Under the pieces are notes generated by a model, which had not been told where the DNA came from, did no database searches, and saw only the letters and a list, made by a program, of their open reading frames with translations. A stretch of DNA of 60,426 nucleotides, from contig JAAYBG010000025.1 of the NCBI GenBank assembly GCA_012718985.1, positions 1-60,426 of the forward strand. Direction: 5' to 3'. This document shows positions 1-8,709 of this stretch, one piece after another. How positions within the stretch are numbered: the first letter of the stretch is position 1; every line of letters begins with the position of its first letter. Source of the DNA: Acholeplasmataceae bacterium. GTDB lineage: Bacteria > Bacillota_I > Bacilli_A > ML615J-28 > CAG-698. Both the position numbers and the translations under genes were made by a program.

Positions 1-104
1 ACTACTGGTTGATCATCATCTGGATCTTCTTCAACTGGTTTGTCACAACCTATGAATACGAACAACAGTGTTAGTACTAGCAAAAATGCTATCCATTTTT
101 TCAT
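1..104 (-). CDS. lipoprotein, N-terminal fragment (gene runs off the window start)
   Basis: Reverse complement reads GGAGG, 6 nt, ATG (102-104), then MKKWIAFLLVLTLLFVFIGCDKPVEEDPDDD. This is a signal peptide with lipobox FIGC. It is not in the ORF track because the window edge truncates it. Confidence 0.55.
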   Translation of the reverse strand, partial: MKKWIAFLLVLTLLFVFIGCDKPVEEDPDDDQPV

Positions 105-249
105 TTCATTCCTCCTTAAAATGTAAAATCTTGACGAGCTTTCTCTTTTGAGTTTTGCTCTTTTTATACTCTATAATTCTATCATAGTGAAAACGATTTA
201 TCAAGATTTTTCTTTTATATCAAATAAAAAATGTTGGTTTGCACCAACA

Positions 250-777
250 TTAACTATCTTTATCATCGTAACTGTCTTCTTCATCATCTTCTGCGTCAAT
301 CTCATAAGTTTTATTTTCTCTGTCGTCTTCATCATCTTCGTCATAATATCCGCCAGAACGCAATTCTTCTTCGATTTCGTCAGTAGCTTCTTCCTCATCT
401 TCGTCTTCGATATCTTCTTCGTTTTGTTCGCCAGCGATATTGTATTCTATTTCGTCGCTCAATTCATTTTTGATTACGTCTTCATCATCGCTATAGATGT
501 CTTCTGCATAATTTCCTTCTTTATCAAGAAAACTAGATGGTCGACGATTTTTCAAATCCCAAAGTTTTACCCCTTTTTTTTCGCTACAACAAATGAACAA
601 ACCGCTTAGCATGAAATCCATCTGAAATTGTGTTCGATATTTATGTTCATCTTCAGGTTTAATTCCTTTAATTTCAAAAACTTCTTTACATATTTTAGCC
701 AGAGGTTGTTCTTTTCTTTTTGATTTCATGACTCGGAAAGCAATTTCTATTAGCGAATCATTATTATTGTTATTCAT
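250..777 (-). CDS. rpoE: DNA-directed RNA polymerase delta subunit
   Basis: N-terminal HARE-HTH-like region (SLIEIAFRVM...GVKLWDLKNR) followed by a long D/E-rich acidic tail. Start moved to the internal ATG (MNNNNND) preceded by GGAGGGAAACAA. Confidence 0.8.
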   Translation of the reverse strand: MNNNNNDSLIEIAFRVMKSKRKEQPLAKICKEVFEIKGIKPEDEHKYRTQFQMDFMLSGLFICCSEKKGVKLWDLKNRRPSSFLDKEGNYAEDIYSDDEDVIKNELSDEIEYNIAGEQNEEDIEDEDEEEATDEIEEELRSGGYYDEDDEDDRENKTYEIDAEDDEEDSYDDKDS

Positions 778-836
778 TTGTTTCCCTCCATTTAATATTC
801 GTATTATACACCTTTTATCTTTGTTTTTCAAGTGGT

Positions 837-1574
837 TTATTTCTTATTTTTTTGAGCAACGCTTGCAACAATTTCTTTGTAAGCAATCAAATCAGTTCTA
901 TCAATATTTAATGGCGTTATTGCTATATAGTTATGGTTGATGGCATAAACATCTCCATCAACATTTTTCTCTTCCAAATCGAAACGGGGTTTACCTCTTT
1001 GAAAATATTCCCCATTCTCATAAACAAAATGAGAGTCATAATGTGTATACCCTTGCTTTGCAACCTTAATTCCCTCTACTTTACGGGGAAAATTAACATT
1101 TAAAACATTTGTTTTTTCTAATAATTTGTTTGAAAAAATATATTCCATAACGATATCAAAATAAGCAATTACACCTTCATACCCTTGATAATGACTAGAA
1201 AAAGCTATTCCCTTTTTCCCAACCAAAGCTCCTTCGCTAGCTCCCGCCACTGTTCCCGAATAAAAAATATCGTCTCCCAGATTAAACCCACAATTAATTC
1301 CAGAAAAAACAATATCAAAGTCTTCTCGCAATCCATAGGCTGTGTAGCGGACGCAATCTGCTGGTGTTGAATCAACGGTGTATGTTTTTACACCAGGAAA
1401 AATATTGCTTTCAGCAATTTTAATTCCCCTTCGAACACAAATAGAATGGCTGTTTGCACTTTGCTCATATAGTGGTGCCACAACAAAAATATCTCCATAT
1501 TTTTTTGCTTTCTCAACTAATATTTTTAGTCCTTCTGATTGAATTCCATCATCATTAGTAATTAATATTCTCAT
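837..1574 (-). CDS. surE: 5'/3'-nucleotidase SurE
   Basis: MRILITNDDGI...GINCGFNLGDDIFYSGTVAGA signature. The ATG overlaps the upstream TGA stop (ATGA), so the start is 1574 rather than the TTG at 1580. Confidence 0.85.
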   Translation of the reverse strand: MRILITNDDGIQSEGLKILVEKAKKYGDIFVVAPLYEQSANSHSICVRRGIKIAESNIFPGVKTYTVDSTPADCVRYTAYGLREDFDIVFSGINCGFNLGDDIFYSGTVAGASEGALVGKKGIAFSSHYQGYEGVIAYFDIVMEYIFSNKLLEKTNVLNVNFPRKVEGIKVAKQGYTHYDSHFVYENGEYFQRGKPRFDLEEKNVDGDVYAINHNYIAITPLNIDRTDLIAYKEIVASVAQKNKK

Positions 1575-2554
1575 AACCAACCTTCTTCACTAGCTTTAAA
1601 TTTTTCTAAAACTTCATCAGCATCTTTTACTAACTGTTTTATTTCTCTACCGTTATAAACAACTGCTCCCGAGGCGTTTGCATGCCCGCCACCACGATAT
1701 TTATTTGCTAACTTGTCAATCGCAACAAAACGAGAACGAATTCTTACACGAATGGTTTTATCTTTTTGCTCGACAAAAATAATCCATATCAAACTATCTT
1801 TTACTGAATCAAGGCTATTAACCAAAGCCGCTGCATCTTCTGGTGAAATGTTATATTTTTTCTGCATTTTATTTGTAACATATACATAAAGAACACCATT
1901 TGGTGTTGATTTAAATTTTCTAAAAACATCGCCTTGTAATTTAAGAGAGGCAATATCTTTCAGATATAGATTTGCATAGATTTTTTCTAAATCCAAGTCA
2001 TAATCTAATAGGATTGCTGAAAGTCTTAAAACTTTTGCGGAAACACCTCGATATCTAAACCTTCCCGTGTCTGTTGCTATTCCTACATATAAGGCCTGTG
2101 CTGCCTTTTGATTCATTTGAAGAATATCCCTATTTTCCTCATATAACTCTGTAATAATACAGGCTGTCGCTGGCATATCTTCATCGACATAATTGATTGT
2201 ACCAAAATCTTCAACTCTTATATGATGGTCTATTTTTATGATTTCTTTTCCTGATTTATAATAAGGATTGTCGATACGATCGCTATTAGCTGTATCAACA
2301 ACAATCACTAAAGCATCTTTGTATTCTTCTTCTGGTAGTTTTTCATCTTCTAAAGATAAAAAACTCAAGTACTCTGCTGTTTGATACCCTATACTATAAA
2401 TTTTTTTGTCCGGAAAACTAATCCTTAAAATCTCCCTTAATCCTATCGTAGAACCCATGCAATCACCATCTGGTCGAACATGACGACAGATAATAATTTT
2501 TTCATAAGCGATTATTTTATTTAAAATTTGTTTTCTAATTTCTTTATTTTCCAT
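1571..2554 (-). CDS. DHH/DHHA1 family phosphoesterase (NrnA-like oligoribonuclease/pAp phosphatase), copy 2
   Basis: HVRPDGDCMGS, DTAN, KIDHH and GGGHANASG motifs. Confidence 0.75.
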   Translation of the reverse strand: MENKEIRKQILNKIIAYEKIIICRHVRPDGDCMGSTIGLREILRISFPDKKIYSIGYQTAEYLSFLSLEDEKLPEEEYKDALVIVVDTANSDRIDNPYYKSGKEIIKIDHHIRVEDFGTINYVDEDMPATACIITELYEENRDILQMNQKAAQALYVGIATDTGRFRYRGVSAKVLRLSAILLDYDLDLEKIYANLYLKDIASLKLQGDVFRKFKSTPNGVLYVYVTNKMQKKYNISPEDAAALVNSLDSVKDSLIWIIFVEQKDKTIRVRIRSRFVAIDKLANKYRGGGHANASGAVVYNGREIKQLVKDADEVLEKFKASEEGWL

Positions 2555-3494
2555 AGTTTTCCTCTAAGATGAGATTGTCTAAATCTTCTAGCATTTGATC
2601 CGCTTCTTCAAACGATTTTAAACTAGCTCCACTTGCTCCCTTATGACCTCCACCGCCATACTTTGTTGCGATGGTGTTAATATTATATTTATTTGATCTT
2701 ATTTCTGCAACCACAACATTATTTTCTTCATCTTCTGTAAAATTAACCCAAATATCAATTCCTTTAATTCCTGCCATTGTATTAACCATTGTTCGTGAAA
2801 CAGAGTAGAAGTCAATTCCCAAATTTTTTAAATCTTCTTTCGTTGTTTTGATATAAGCAACATTATTTTTTGTTAATTGAAACCGAAGAACAAAATTCGC
2901 TCTCAAACGCACCGTTTCTAAATCGTCAGAATATAAATTGTTATATACCTCTGTCATGTTGAATTTTGTTTCTAATAATTTAGCCGCTGTCAAGAATGTT
3001 CTAGAAGTTGTTGATTCATAACGAAAACGACCGCTGTCAGTTACGATTCCTGTATATAATGCTTTTGCCGCACTTTCTGTCATTTTTAATTTCATCTTGA
3101 AAATAATATCAGCAACTAATCCCGCACAACTTTCATATTCAGTATCTACTATTGCTATATCTCCATAGGATTCTTTATAAATATGGTGATCTATTTTAAT
3201 TATATATTTTGCCATTTTATATCGATCATCGCTTATCATAAACGCTTCTGAGGTATCAAGAATAAACACTAAAGCATCTTTGTAAAGTTTATCTTCAATA
3301 ACATCCATTTCGCCAATGAAATTATATCTTTCCGTTTGATCTCCAACAGCAAACACTTTTTTTCGTGGAAACGTTGCTTTAATCGCTTCTTTCAAGCCGA
3401 TTTGGCTACCTAGTGCATCACCATCTGGCCGCAAGTGGCGTTGTATGATGATTGTATCATGTTCTTTTATTGCTTTTAATACTTTATTGAACAT
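2544..3494 (-). CDS. DHH/DHHA1 family phosphoesterase (NrnA-like), copy 1
   Basis: HLRPDGDALGS, LDTS, KIDHH and GGGHKGASG motifs. Overlaps the downstream paralog by 11 nt. Confidence 0.75.
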   Translation of the reverse strand: MFNKVLKAIKEHDTIIIQRHLRPDGDALGSQIGLKEAIKATFPRKKVFAVGDQTERYNFIGEMDVIEDKLYKDALVFILDTSEAFMISDDRYKMAKYIIKIDHHIYKESYGDIAIVDTEYESCAGLVADIIFKMKLKMTESAAKALYTGIVTDSGRFRYESTTSRTFLTAAKLLETKFNMTEVYNNLYSDDLETVRLRANFVLRFQLTKNNVAYIKTTKEDLKNLGIDFYSVSRTMVNTMAGIKGIDIWVNFTEDEENNVVVAEIRSNKYNINTIATKYGGGGHKGASGASLKSFEEADQMLEDLDNLILEENYGK

Positions 3495-3573
3495 AATTAT
3501 CTCCTTCTCGTCAATACAACATTATATCATAGAGCGCTTATTTTCAAAACTTTTTTTGTTTTTCTTTTTAAGT

Positions 3574-4092
3574 CTATTCAAATTGTATATATTGAATTAA
3601 TTTATTTGCTAGAATTCCAATAATAATACTCGTTATCAGTGACACCAACAACAGAATCGCTCCGTAACTGATGACTATTTCGCCTAATTGATATAGAAAT
3701 GCCACCACCAATAACTGTGTCACAATATGTAGCACTCCACCTACAACACTAATTCCTACTGCTGTTACTCTATCCTTCAATTGCTTATGCAATAAATACA
3801 TTCCTAAAAAACTAACGAGGGAAGCACTAAAACTTATAATGAATGTTACGGGACTTCCTAAAATGAGTCCTACTAAAAAAGATTTCATGATAACAAGTAA
3901 AAGTGTTCGCTTAAAATCTTGCTTATAAATTGAAAAGAGAACAATAATATTCGCAAGTCCTATTTTTGCTGTTGGCAAAAATGAAAAAGCGATTCGCGAT
4001 ATAAGGCCATCAATATAAGATAGGATTGTCGCCAATGCAACTAAGATTGCTAGTAGTATGATTTCCCGGGTTTTCTTTTTTCTTGCCGTCAT
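3574..4092 (-). CDS. Gx transporter family membrane protein (formerly heptaprenyl diphosphate synthase component I-like)
   Basis: Polytopic 172-aa protein with a PTAKIGLANIIVLFSIY segment typical of this family. Confidence 0.55.
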   Translation of the reverse strand: MTARKKKTREIILLAILVALATILSYIDGLISRIAFSFLPTAKIGLANIIVLFSIYKQDFKRTLLLVIMKSFLVGLILGSPVTFIISFSASLVSFLGMYLLHKQLKDRVTAVGISVVGGVLHIVTQLLVVAFLYQLGEIVISYGAILLLVSLITSIIIGILANKLIQYIQFE

Positions 4093-4177
4093 TTTTTTAA
4101 CCTCTGATACATTTTATCACATTTATTGCTTTTTATAATAACATTTTATATAATAATTACAAATAGGAGGAAACGAT

Positions 4178-4582
4178 ATGTGTATATTTTGTAAAATCGT
4201 AAACGGAGAAATTCCTGCTTATAAAGTCTATGAAGATTCTGACTTTCTCGCTTTTTTAGATATCTCTCAAGCGACTATCGGTCATGTTTTAGTAATCCCT
4301 AAGGTTCACCGCGAAACAATCGTTGATTTAGAGGAAGAGAATAAAATTTTTGCCGTTGTAATAAAACTAGCAAAAGCTATCAAAACTTTACCACAAGTAG
4401 AAGGCATTAATATTTTAAGTAATAATGGTCCTGTTGCTGGACAAACCATCAATCATTTTCACATTCATATTATCCCTCGCTACATAGATGATCAAATGCA
4501 AATTAAATTTAGCGAGAACAAATTAAGTCCAGAAAAATTGACCTTATTATCTAATCAAATCAAAAAAAAGAGCAGCGTTTAA
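4178..4582 (+). CDS. hit: HIT family (histidine triad) nucleotide hydrolase
   Basis: CIFCKI N-terminus and HFHIHIIPR histidine triad. GGAGG RBS upstream. Confidence 0.85.
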   Translation: MCIFCKIVNGEIPAYKVYEDSDFLAFLDISQATIGHVLVIPKVHRETIVDLEEENKIFAVVIKLAKAIKTLPQVEGINILSNNGPVAGQTINHFHIHIIPRYIDDQMQIKFSENKLSPEKLTLLSNQIKKKSSV

Positions 4583-4611
4583 GGTGTTCCAATAGGGATT
4601 AACTAAAAAAA

Positions 4612-4658
4612 TAAAAACCATACTCAATGAGTTTAATAGCTCAAAGGATATGGTTTTT
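4612..4658. terminator. hairpin between convergent hit and the 290-aa gene (large loop)
   Basis: AAAAACCATA...TATGGTTTTT arms flanked by A and T tracts. The loop is about 25 nt, so this is weak. Confidence 0.3.
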
Positions 4659-4669
4659 TACAGACTTTT

Positions 4670-5542
4670 TTAATTATTGATTCCATTTAACAGATTTTCC
4701 TTTAGAGAGCCGCCCGAACCACTCAAGAAGAAATTTCCTGTACAGCATAACCAAATCATTCTGTCAAATTTATAAATAGTTAATTTTCGATGTCTACATT
4801 CGCTTTTTCTTATTTGATTTACGATATCGATTATATCATCTATACATTCATATGCACGATCTTTGTTAGAGTTTTTTTTATAATAATCCAGGGGATATCC
4901 TTTATACTTTGCTATTACTTCCATTATATGGACATCGGGCTTTGGCAAATCAAAATTAGAATCCAATTCCTTTAAAAAATCACAACATAATGCTACGGAA
5001 AAGCCATGTTTAAAATTATCCAACAAATAATCTATTAGCATACGGAAATCATGTTTTTGATAGTGTAAATTTAAGTCTTTTAAAACAGCTTGTTTATCAG
5101 CAAACCTAGAAAAATATATAGCACCATCTATAATAGTGTTTGTGAATCTTTTAATTATTGTATCTGGTTTCTCACTTTTTTCTGTTGACCATTGTAACCC
5201 TTTTCTAAATTCTTTAACAAGAAGGTTTGCTGATTTTTCATGGTTTTTGTCGTTTGGATTAATTTTATAAAATGAAATAATTTGACTAGGAGAAAAATCT
5301 TTTAATGTTGACTTGATAAAATCGAAGTTTTTATTGAATTTAATAATCCCGCTAATAATTGTGGCGTTTTGTGCATGTAAAATATATTGTGCATAAATTT
5401 GCTCTATACCGCTTAATGATGATATTTTATCATTTAATAAATCTGTATTGCTGAAATAATCCTCTAAATTATTAATATTATATAAATCTGCTAATTTTCT
5501 TAGATTATCATTTAAATAATTATAAAATTCTAATTCATTCAT
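4670..5542 (-). CDS. hypothetical protein, possible HhH-GPD-like (DNA glycosylase-like) fold
   Basis: 290 aa. FSVALCCDFLKEL...LPKPDVHIMEVI resembles the helix-hairpin-helix plus D-x-H-v segment of HhH-GPD proteins. C-terminal FDRMIWLCCTGNF resembles the lD..lWl.Gs end of that superfamily. By eye only. Confidence 0.35.
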   Translation of the reverse strand: MNELEFYNYLNDNLRKLADLYNINNLEDYFSNTDLLNDKISSLSGIEQIYAQYILHAQNATIISGIIKFNKNFDFIKSTLKDFSPSQIISFYKINPNDKNHEKSANLLVKEFRKGLQWSTEKSEKPDTIIKRFTNTIIDGAIYFSRFADKQAVLKDLNLHYQKHDFRMLIDYLLDNFKHGFSVALCCDFLKELDSNFDLPKPDVHIMEVIAKYKGYPLDYYKKNSNKDRAYECIDDIIDIVNQIRKSECRHRKLTIYKFDRMIWLCCTGNFFLSGSGGSLKENLLNGINN

Positions 5543-5555
5543 ATTAAATGCTCCT

Positions 5556-6407
5556 TTATTTTATCCTATTTTCTAAAGATATGCCTTTGATATCAAACCA
5601 ATTCTTAGGTCCACTTACAGATTGACCAGAACAGAAGTTAGCTGCACCTGATGGGCTTCTAAATAAAATATCATCAGTTGTAACATTATTGGCTATTTTA
5701 TCCGAATACTTTTGTCTAATGATAGGTAGTTTTTCTTTCCATCTTTCAGCAAATTTATCTTCGGTATTTAATTGGCTACCTCGGAGTAAAACAAATCCCT
5801 CGTTTGTAACAATACCTTTTGCAGTTAATCTACTAAAAGAATAGGTATAAACATTATTATCAATGTTTTTCTTTTCCTTCTTTGAGATGATTGGCTCTAA
5901 CACTTTATAGCCTAATATGTTTAAAATGATAGAAGCATTTTTTACAAACAAATTCATATCTGCTTGATCTTCTTCGGATAGTTTTGCAGGATTTGGTGTA
6001 TTTCCGTTTTTAACCATGTATCTTTTTGCTTGTTGAGATAATTTAGTGAATTTGTTTTCAAGATAATTTAACTCAGTTGGGCCAAGAGGAGAATCACCAG
6101 TAGAAACAAATATAACACAAGTTTTCCAATCAGTTATTTGATTATGAGGTTCTTTTATGCGATATAAGACACCTTGTCCGTTTTGTCTAATGTTTCCTTG
6201 ACCGATATAAACAACATCGTTGTCATCTTCATCATATCCAAATAAGAAATAAACGCCTGCTGACTTTAAGATTTCAATATTTTCACTTTTTGTTAAGTCT
6301 GAAGATGGTATTTTATATCCACAACCATTCCATCCAGAAGAAAAGCTACATTTAATTCTTCCGGTTGGATCTCCATCCATTAAAAATAATTTAATTGTTG
6401 TTTGCAT
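5556..6407 (-). CDS. GIY-YIG nuclease family protein with C-terminal DUF4357-like domain
   Basis: N-terminal TIKLFLMDGDPTGRIKC. GVYFLF-x12-VYIGQG (GIY-YIG), downstream R and ELNYLENKF. C-terminal FRSPSGAANFCSGQSVSGPKNWF (DUF4357-like). Start set at the ATG (MQTTIK) after AGAGGTG. Confidence 0.7.
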   Translation of the reverse strand: MQTTIKLFLMDGDPTGRIKCSFSSGWNGCGYKIPSSDLTKSENIEILKSAGVYFLFGYDEDDNDVVYIGQGNIRQNGQGVLYRIKEPHNQITDWKTCVIFVSTGDSPLGPTELNYLENKFTKLSQQAKRYMVKNGNTPNPAKLSEEDQADMNLFVKNASIILNILGYKVLEPIISKKEKKNIDNNVYTYSFSRLTAKGIVTNEGFVLLRGSQLNTEDKFAERWKEKLPIIRQKYSDKIANNVTTDDILFRSPSGAANFCSGQSVSGPKNWFDIKGISLENRIK

Positions 6408-6450
6408 TATATCACCTCTATACACTTAGTCTAGGTAATCTACCTACTCT

Positions 6451-6840
6451 TTAATCAGAGAAAGCTAGCTTTCTATCATTAATATATTCTGGCTTTATTT
6501 TATTAATTGTTGTTATTTGTTTTACAAATACTACATCATCGATGTTCAATTCGTTTGAAATAAATACTTTACCTTTTTCAAACCAAATTAACCCTCTATC
6601 GAATAATTTATGGTGGTTTTCGCACAATCATATTCCACTATCACCTCTGTAGGAAGTTCAAATTTTCTATAAAAATTCAAGTTAGTCCTTTTTCTAATTG
6701 ATGCTACTGGATAAATATAAGCAGCTTGTACAATATTATCAATTATTTAACCACATAGCGCACAGCACTTTTCACCATTAAATTTAGCTAATAGATTATA
6801 AATAAATTTAGGACTGAGAAGTTTATCTTCAACTGCTTTT
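6451..6840 (-). pseudogene. decayed HNH_2-type (type IV restriction-like) HNH endonuclease remnant
   Basis: Minus-strand translation gives ...FNGEKCCALCG*IIDNIVQAAYIYPV... and then, in another frame, NHHKLFDRGLIWFEKGKVFISNELN...SD*. It has an in-frame TAA, Y in place of the catalytic H (AAHI to AAYI), a -1 shift in an A-run (GCGAAAACC), and no start codon. Confidence 0.6.
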
Positions 6841-6841
6841 T

Positions 6842-7204
6842 TTATAATACATAAGTGATAAATAACAACCAACTAATATTTGATGCAAGTCCTATTGCGG
6901 CAACAATAATTGTGATAGTTGATAGTTTGTGCTTATGTTTTATGCTTTCTATCACTGTGAAAATCAAAACGAGTAATCCTAAAATAATTCCACTAACAAT
7001 TAACGTTTTATTAATGGGAATTAACGATATAATTACTGATAAAAAGCCAATTAATAAGCTTATTTTCCCTGGAATCTTTGCAGATGGCAGATTTTGTTGT
7101 TTCTTAGTTTCTGCTTCTTCTAATTTTGGTGTTGTTCTAAAACCACAATAGGGACAATAGTTTGCTGTTTCTGAAATTTCTGCGTTACAATTCTTACAAA
7201 TCAT
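6842..7204 (-). CDS. zinc-ribbon domain membrane protein
   Basis: N-terminal CKNC...CPYCG zinc ribbon followed by three hydrophobic spans. Confidence 0.6.
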   Translation of the reverse strand: MICKNCNAEISETANYCPYCGFRTTPKLEEAETKKQQNLPSAKIPGKISLLIGFLSVIISLIPINKTLIVSGIILGLLVLIFTVIESIKHKHKLSTITIIVAAIGLASNISWLLFITYVL

Positions 7205-7208
7205 CTTA

Positions 7209-8603
7209 CTACCTCTTACTATATTCTCTCGTTAATTTCTCGAAAAAACTTACCCCTTTGGCTAGCGAATTAAGTGAAACATATTCATTATTAGTTTTAC
7301 GATTAATCTTCGCATTGTGAGAGTAATAAAGGGGTGAAAATCTTATTACATTATCGCTAACTCGGTCATATTCACGATTTTCTGATATTGAAGTAATAAT
7401 CCATGGTGCAATGTAAATATCATCGAAATTATCTTTTATTACTTTAGTCACAGTTTTATATGCCTTTGTCTTTGTGCTGGTAATTCTTGTTCCTTCTTTG
7501 CTGGCAATCATCTCGTATTCCACGCTATATTTCAACATATACTTATCAATAGCACACAACACTTCCGCAACATTATCATGGTTAGCTAATTCAAAAACGA
7601 CATCCACATAATAATCGGTATCATTTTCTAAAACCTCACCTACTCGCGCCTGAGTCTTTAAAACTCGTGAAAGTTCAACTTGGTCATTATCTAAAAATCG
7701 TTTTATTAGACCACGAAAAACAAGTGAATTGCTATAAATGATTCGATTAGAAAAAGTCATGTCTCGAGCGATGGCTTTGATTGTCATCCGGGTTTGTTTA
7801 TCAATTTTTGCTTTGAATACTTGACTACTAGAAATCTCAAAAATAAAGTTTTGAAGTCTCGCTTCTCCTTTGGCAGCTTTACTCGTCTTAAAACGGAATG
7901 TTACTTCTCCTGTAACACCAATACCGATAAAAGCATAATGACTTCTTAATCCTGAAGAAATGGGATCCATAATTCCGCTTCCTTCTTCAATAATCAAATC
8001 AAAAAACTTACCTTCACGCAAGAACTTGTCAATGATTTTATCTTCTCCTTCGCGGCTATCTTCATCGTCTTTTGTCATAACTATTGTCAAGTTATTATTG
8101 AGAACTTTATCTTCTCTTAAAACATTTTCAATCGCTTCAAGGATAACAAACAACAAAGCTTTAGCGTCATAAGTTCCACTACCATATAAGTGCTTTTGTG
8201 TCATATATGGTTCTTCTAATATAATTTTGCTATCTATATGTGTAGCATATAAAATATTAGGGGCTCCTTCTATTTTTCTTTTATACGTGAAAACAGCATT
8301 ACCATCTATTCTTTCTTTGTCGAAATTCTGATGAATTAAGGGGTACTCTTTTTTTAATTTTTCGCGGAATTCATGATACTGTTCTGCCGTTTCATTGCTT
8401 GTTGTTGCAATTCTCACCAGTTCTTCTAATTTCTTCCCATAACTAAAACGGACATTTTTATCAACATCGTTTTTAGGCAATATTTTTATGTCTTTGTTGC
8501 ACAAAATTAGTGCTTTTATTAAACATATAAATAAGATTACTAAAATTACACAAAGCACTATTGATGTAACTATTCCTATGTCCCTAAAAAAATTTAAAAA
8601 CAT
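7209..8603 (-). CDS. membrane-anchored M20-family peptidase-like protein
   Basis: N-terminal TM helix. ATHIDS (HxD), LYGSGTYDAKA (GrGa.DdKg-like) and TKDDEDSREGE (DEE-like) motifs, partly degenerate. Confidence 0.5.
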   Translation of the reverse strand: MFLNFFRDIGIVTSIVLCVILVILFICLIKALILCNKDIKILPKNDVDKNVRFSYGKKLEELVRIATTSNETAEQYHEFREKLKKEYPLIHQNFDKERIDGNAVFTYKRKIEGAPNILYATHIDSKIILEEPYMTQKHLYGSGTYDAKALLFVILEAIENVLREDKVLNNNLTIVMTKDDEDSREGEDKIIDKFLREGKFFDLIIEEGSGIMDPISSGLRSHYAFIGIGVTGEVTFRFKTSKAAKGEARLQNFIFEISSSQVFKAKIDKQTRMTIKAIARDMTFSNRIIYSNSLVFRGLIKRFLDNDQVELSRVLKTQARVGEVLENDTDYYVDVVFELANHDNVAEVLCAIDKYMLKYSVEYEMIASKEGTRITSTKTKAYKTVTKVIKDNFDDIYIAPWIITSISENREYDRVSDNVIRFSPLYYSHNAKINRKTNNEYVSLNSLAKGVSFFEKLTREYSKR

Positions 8604-8676
8604 ATATTTCTCCCCTTTTGGTAATACTTATTATACTAGTTTAACATAATTATGTCAAATATCTTATCACACAAAC

Positions 8677-8709
8677 AAAAGACGAGATTGGTCTTAAATC
8701 TCGTCTTTT
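8677..8709 (-). terminator. intrinsic terminator of the ABC operon
   Basis: 13-bp stem AAAAGACGAGATT / AATCTCGTCTTTT with a 7-nt loop. On the minus strand it is followed by TTTTGTTTG. It overlaps the stop codon at 8708-8710. Confidence 0.7.

Noticed and set aside
148-609. 153-aa plus-strand ORF (F/I/V-rich)
   Set aside because: It is antisense to rpoE. Its composition is the mirror image of the acidic D/E tail codons, it has no RBS, and rpoE explains the region.
6855-7151. 98-aa plus-strand ORF
   Set aside because: It is antisense to the zinc-ribbon membrane protein gene, which has a clear CxxC...CxxC motif and a proper operon context.
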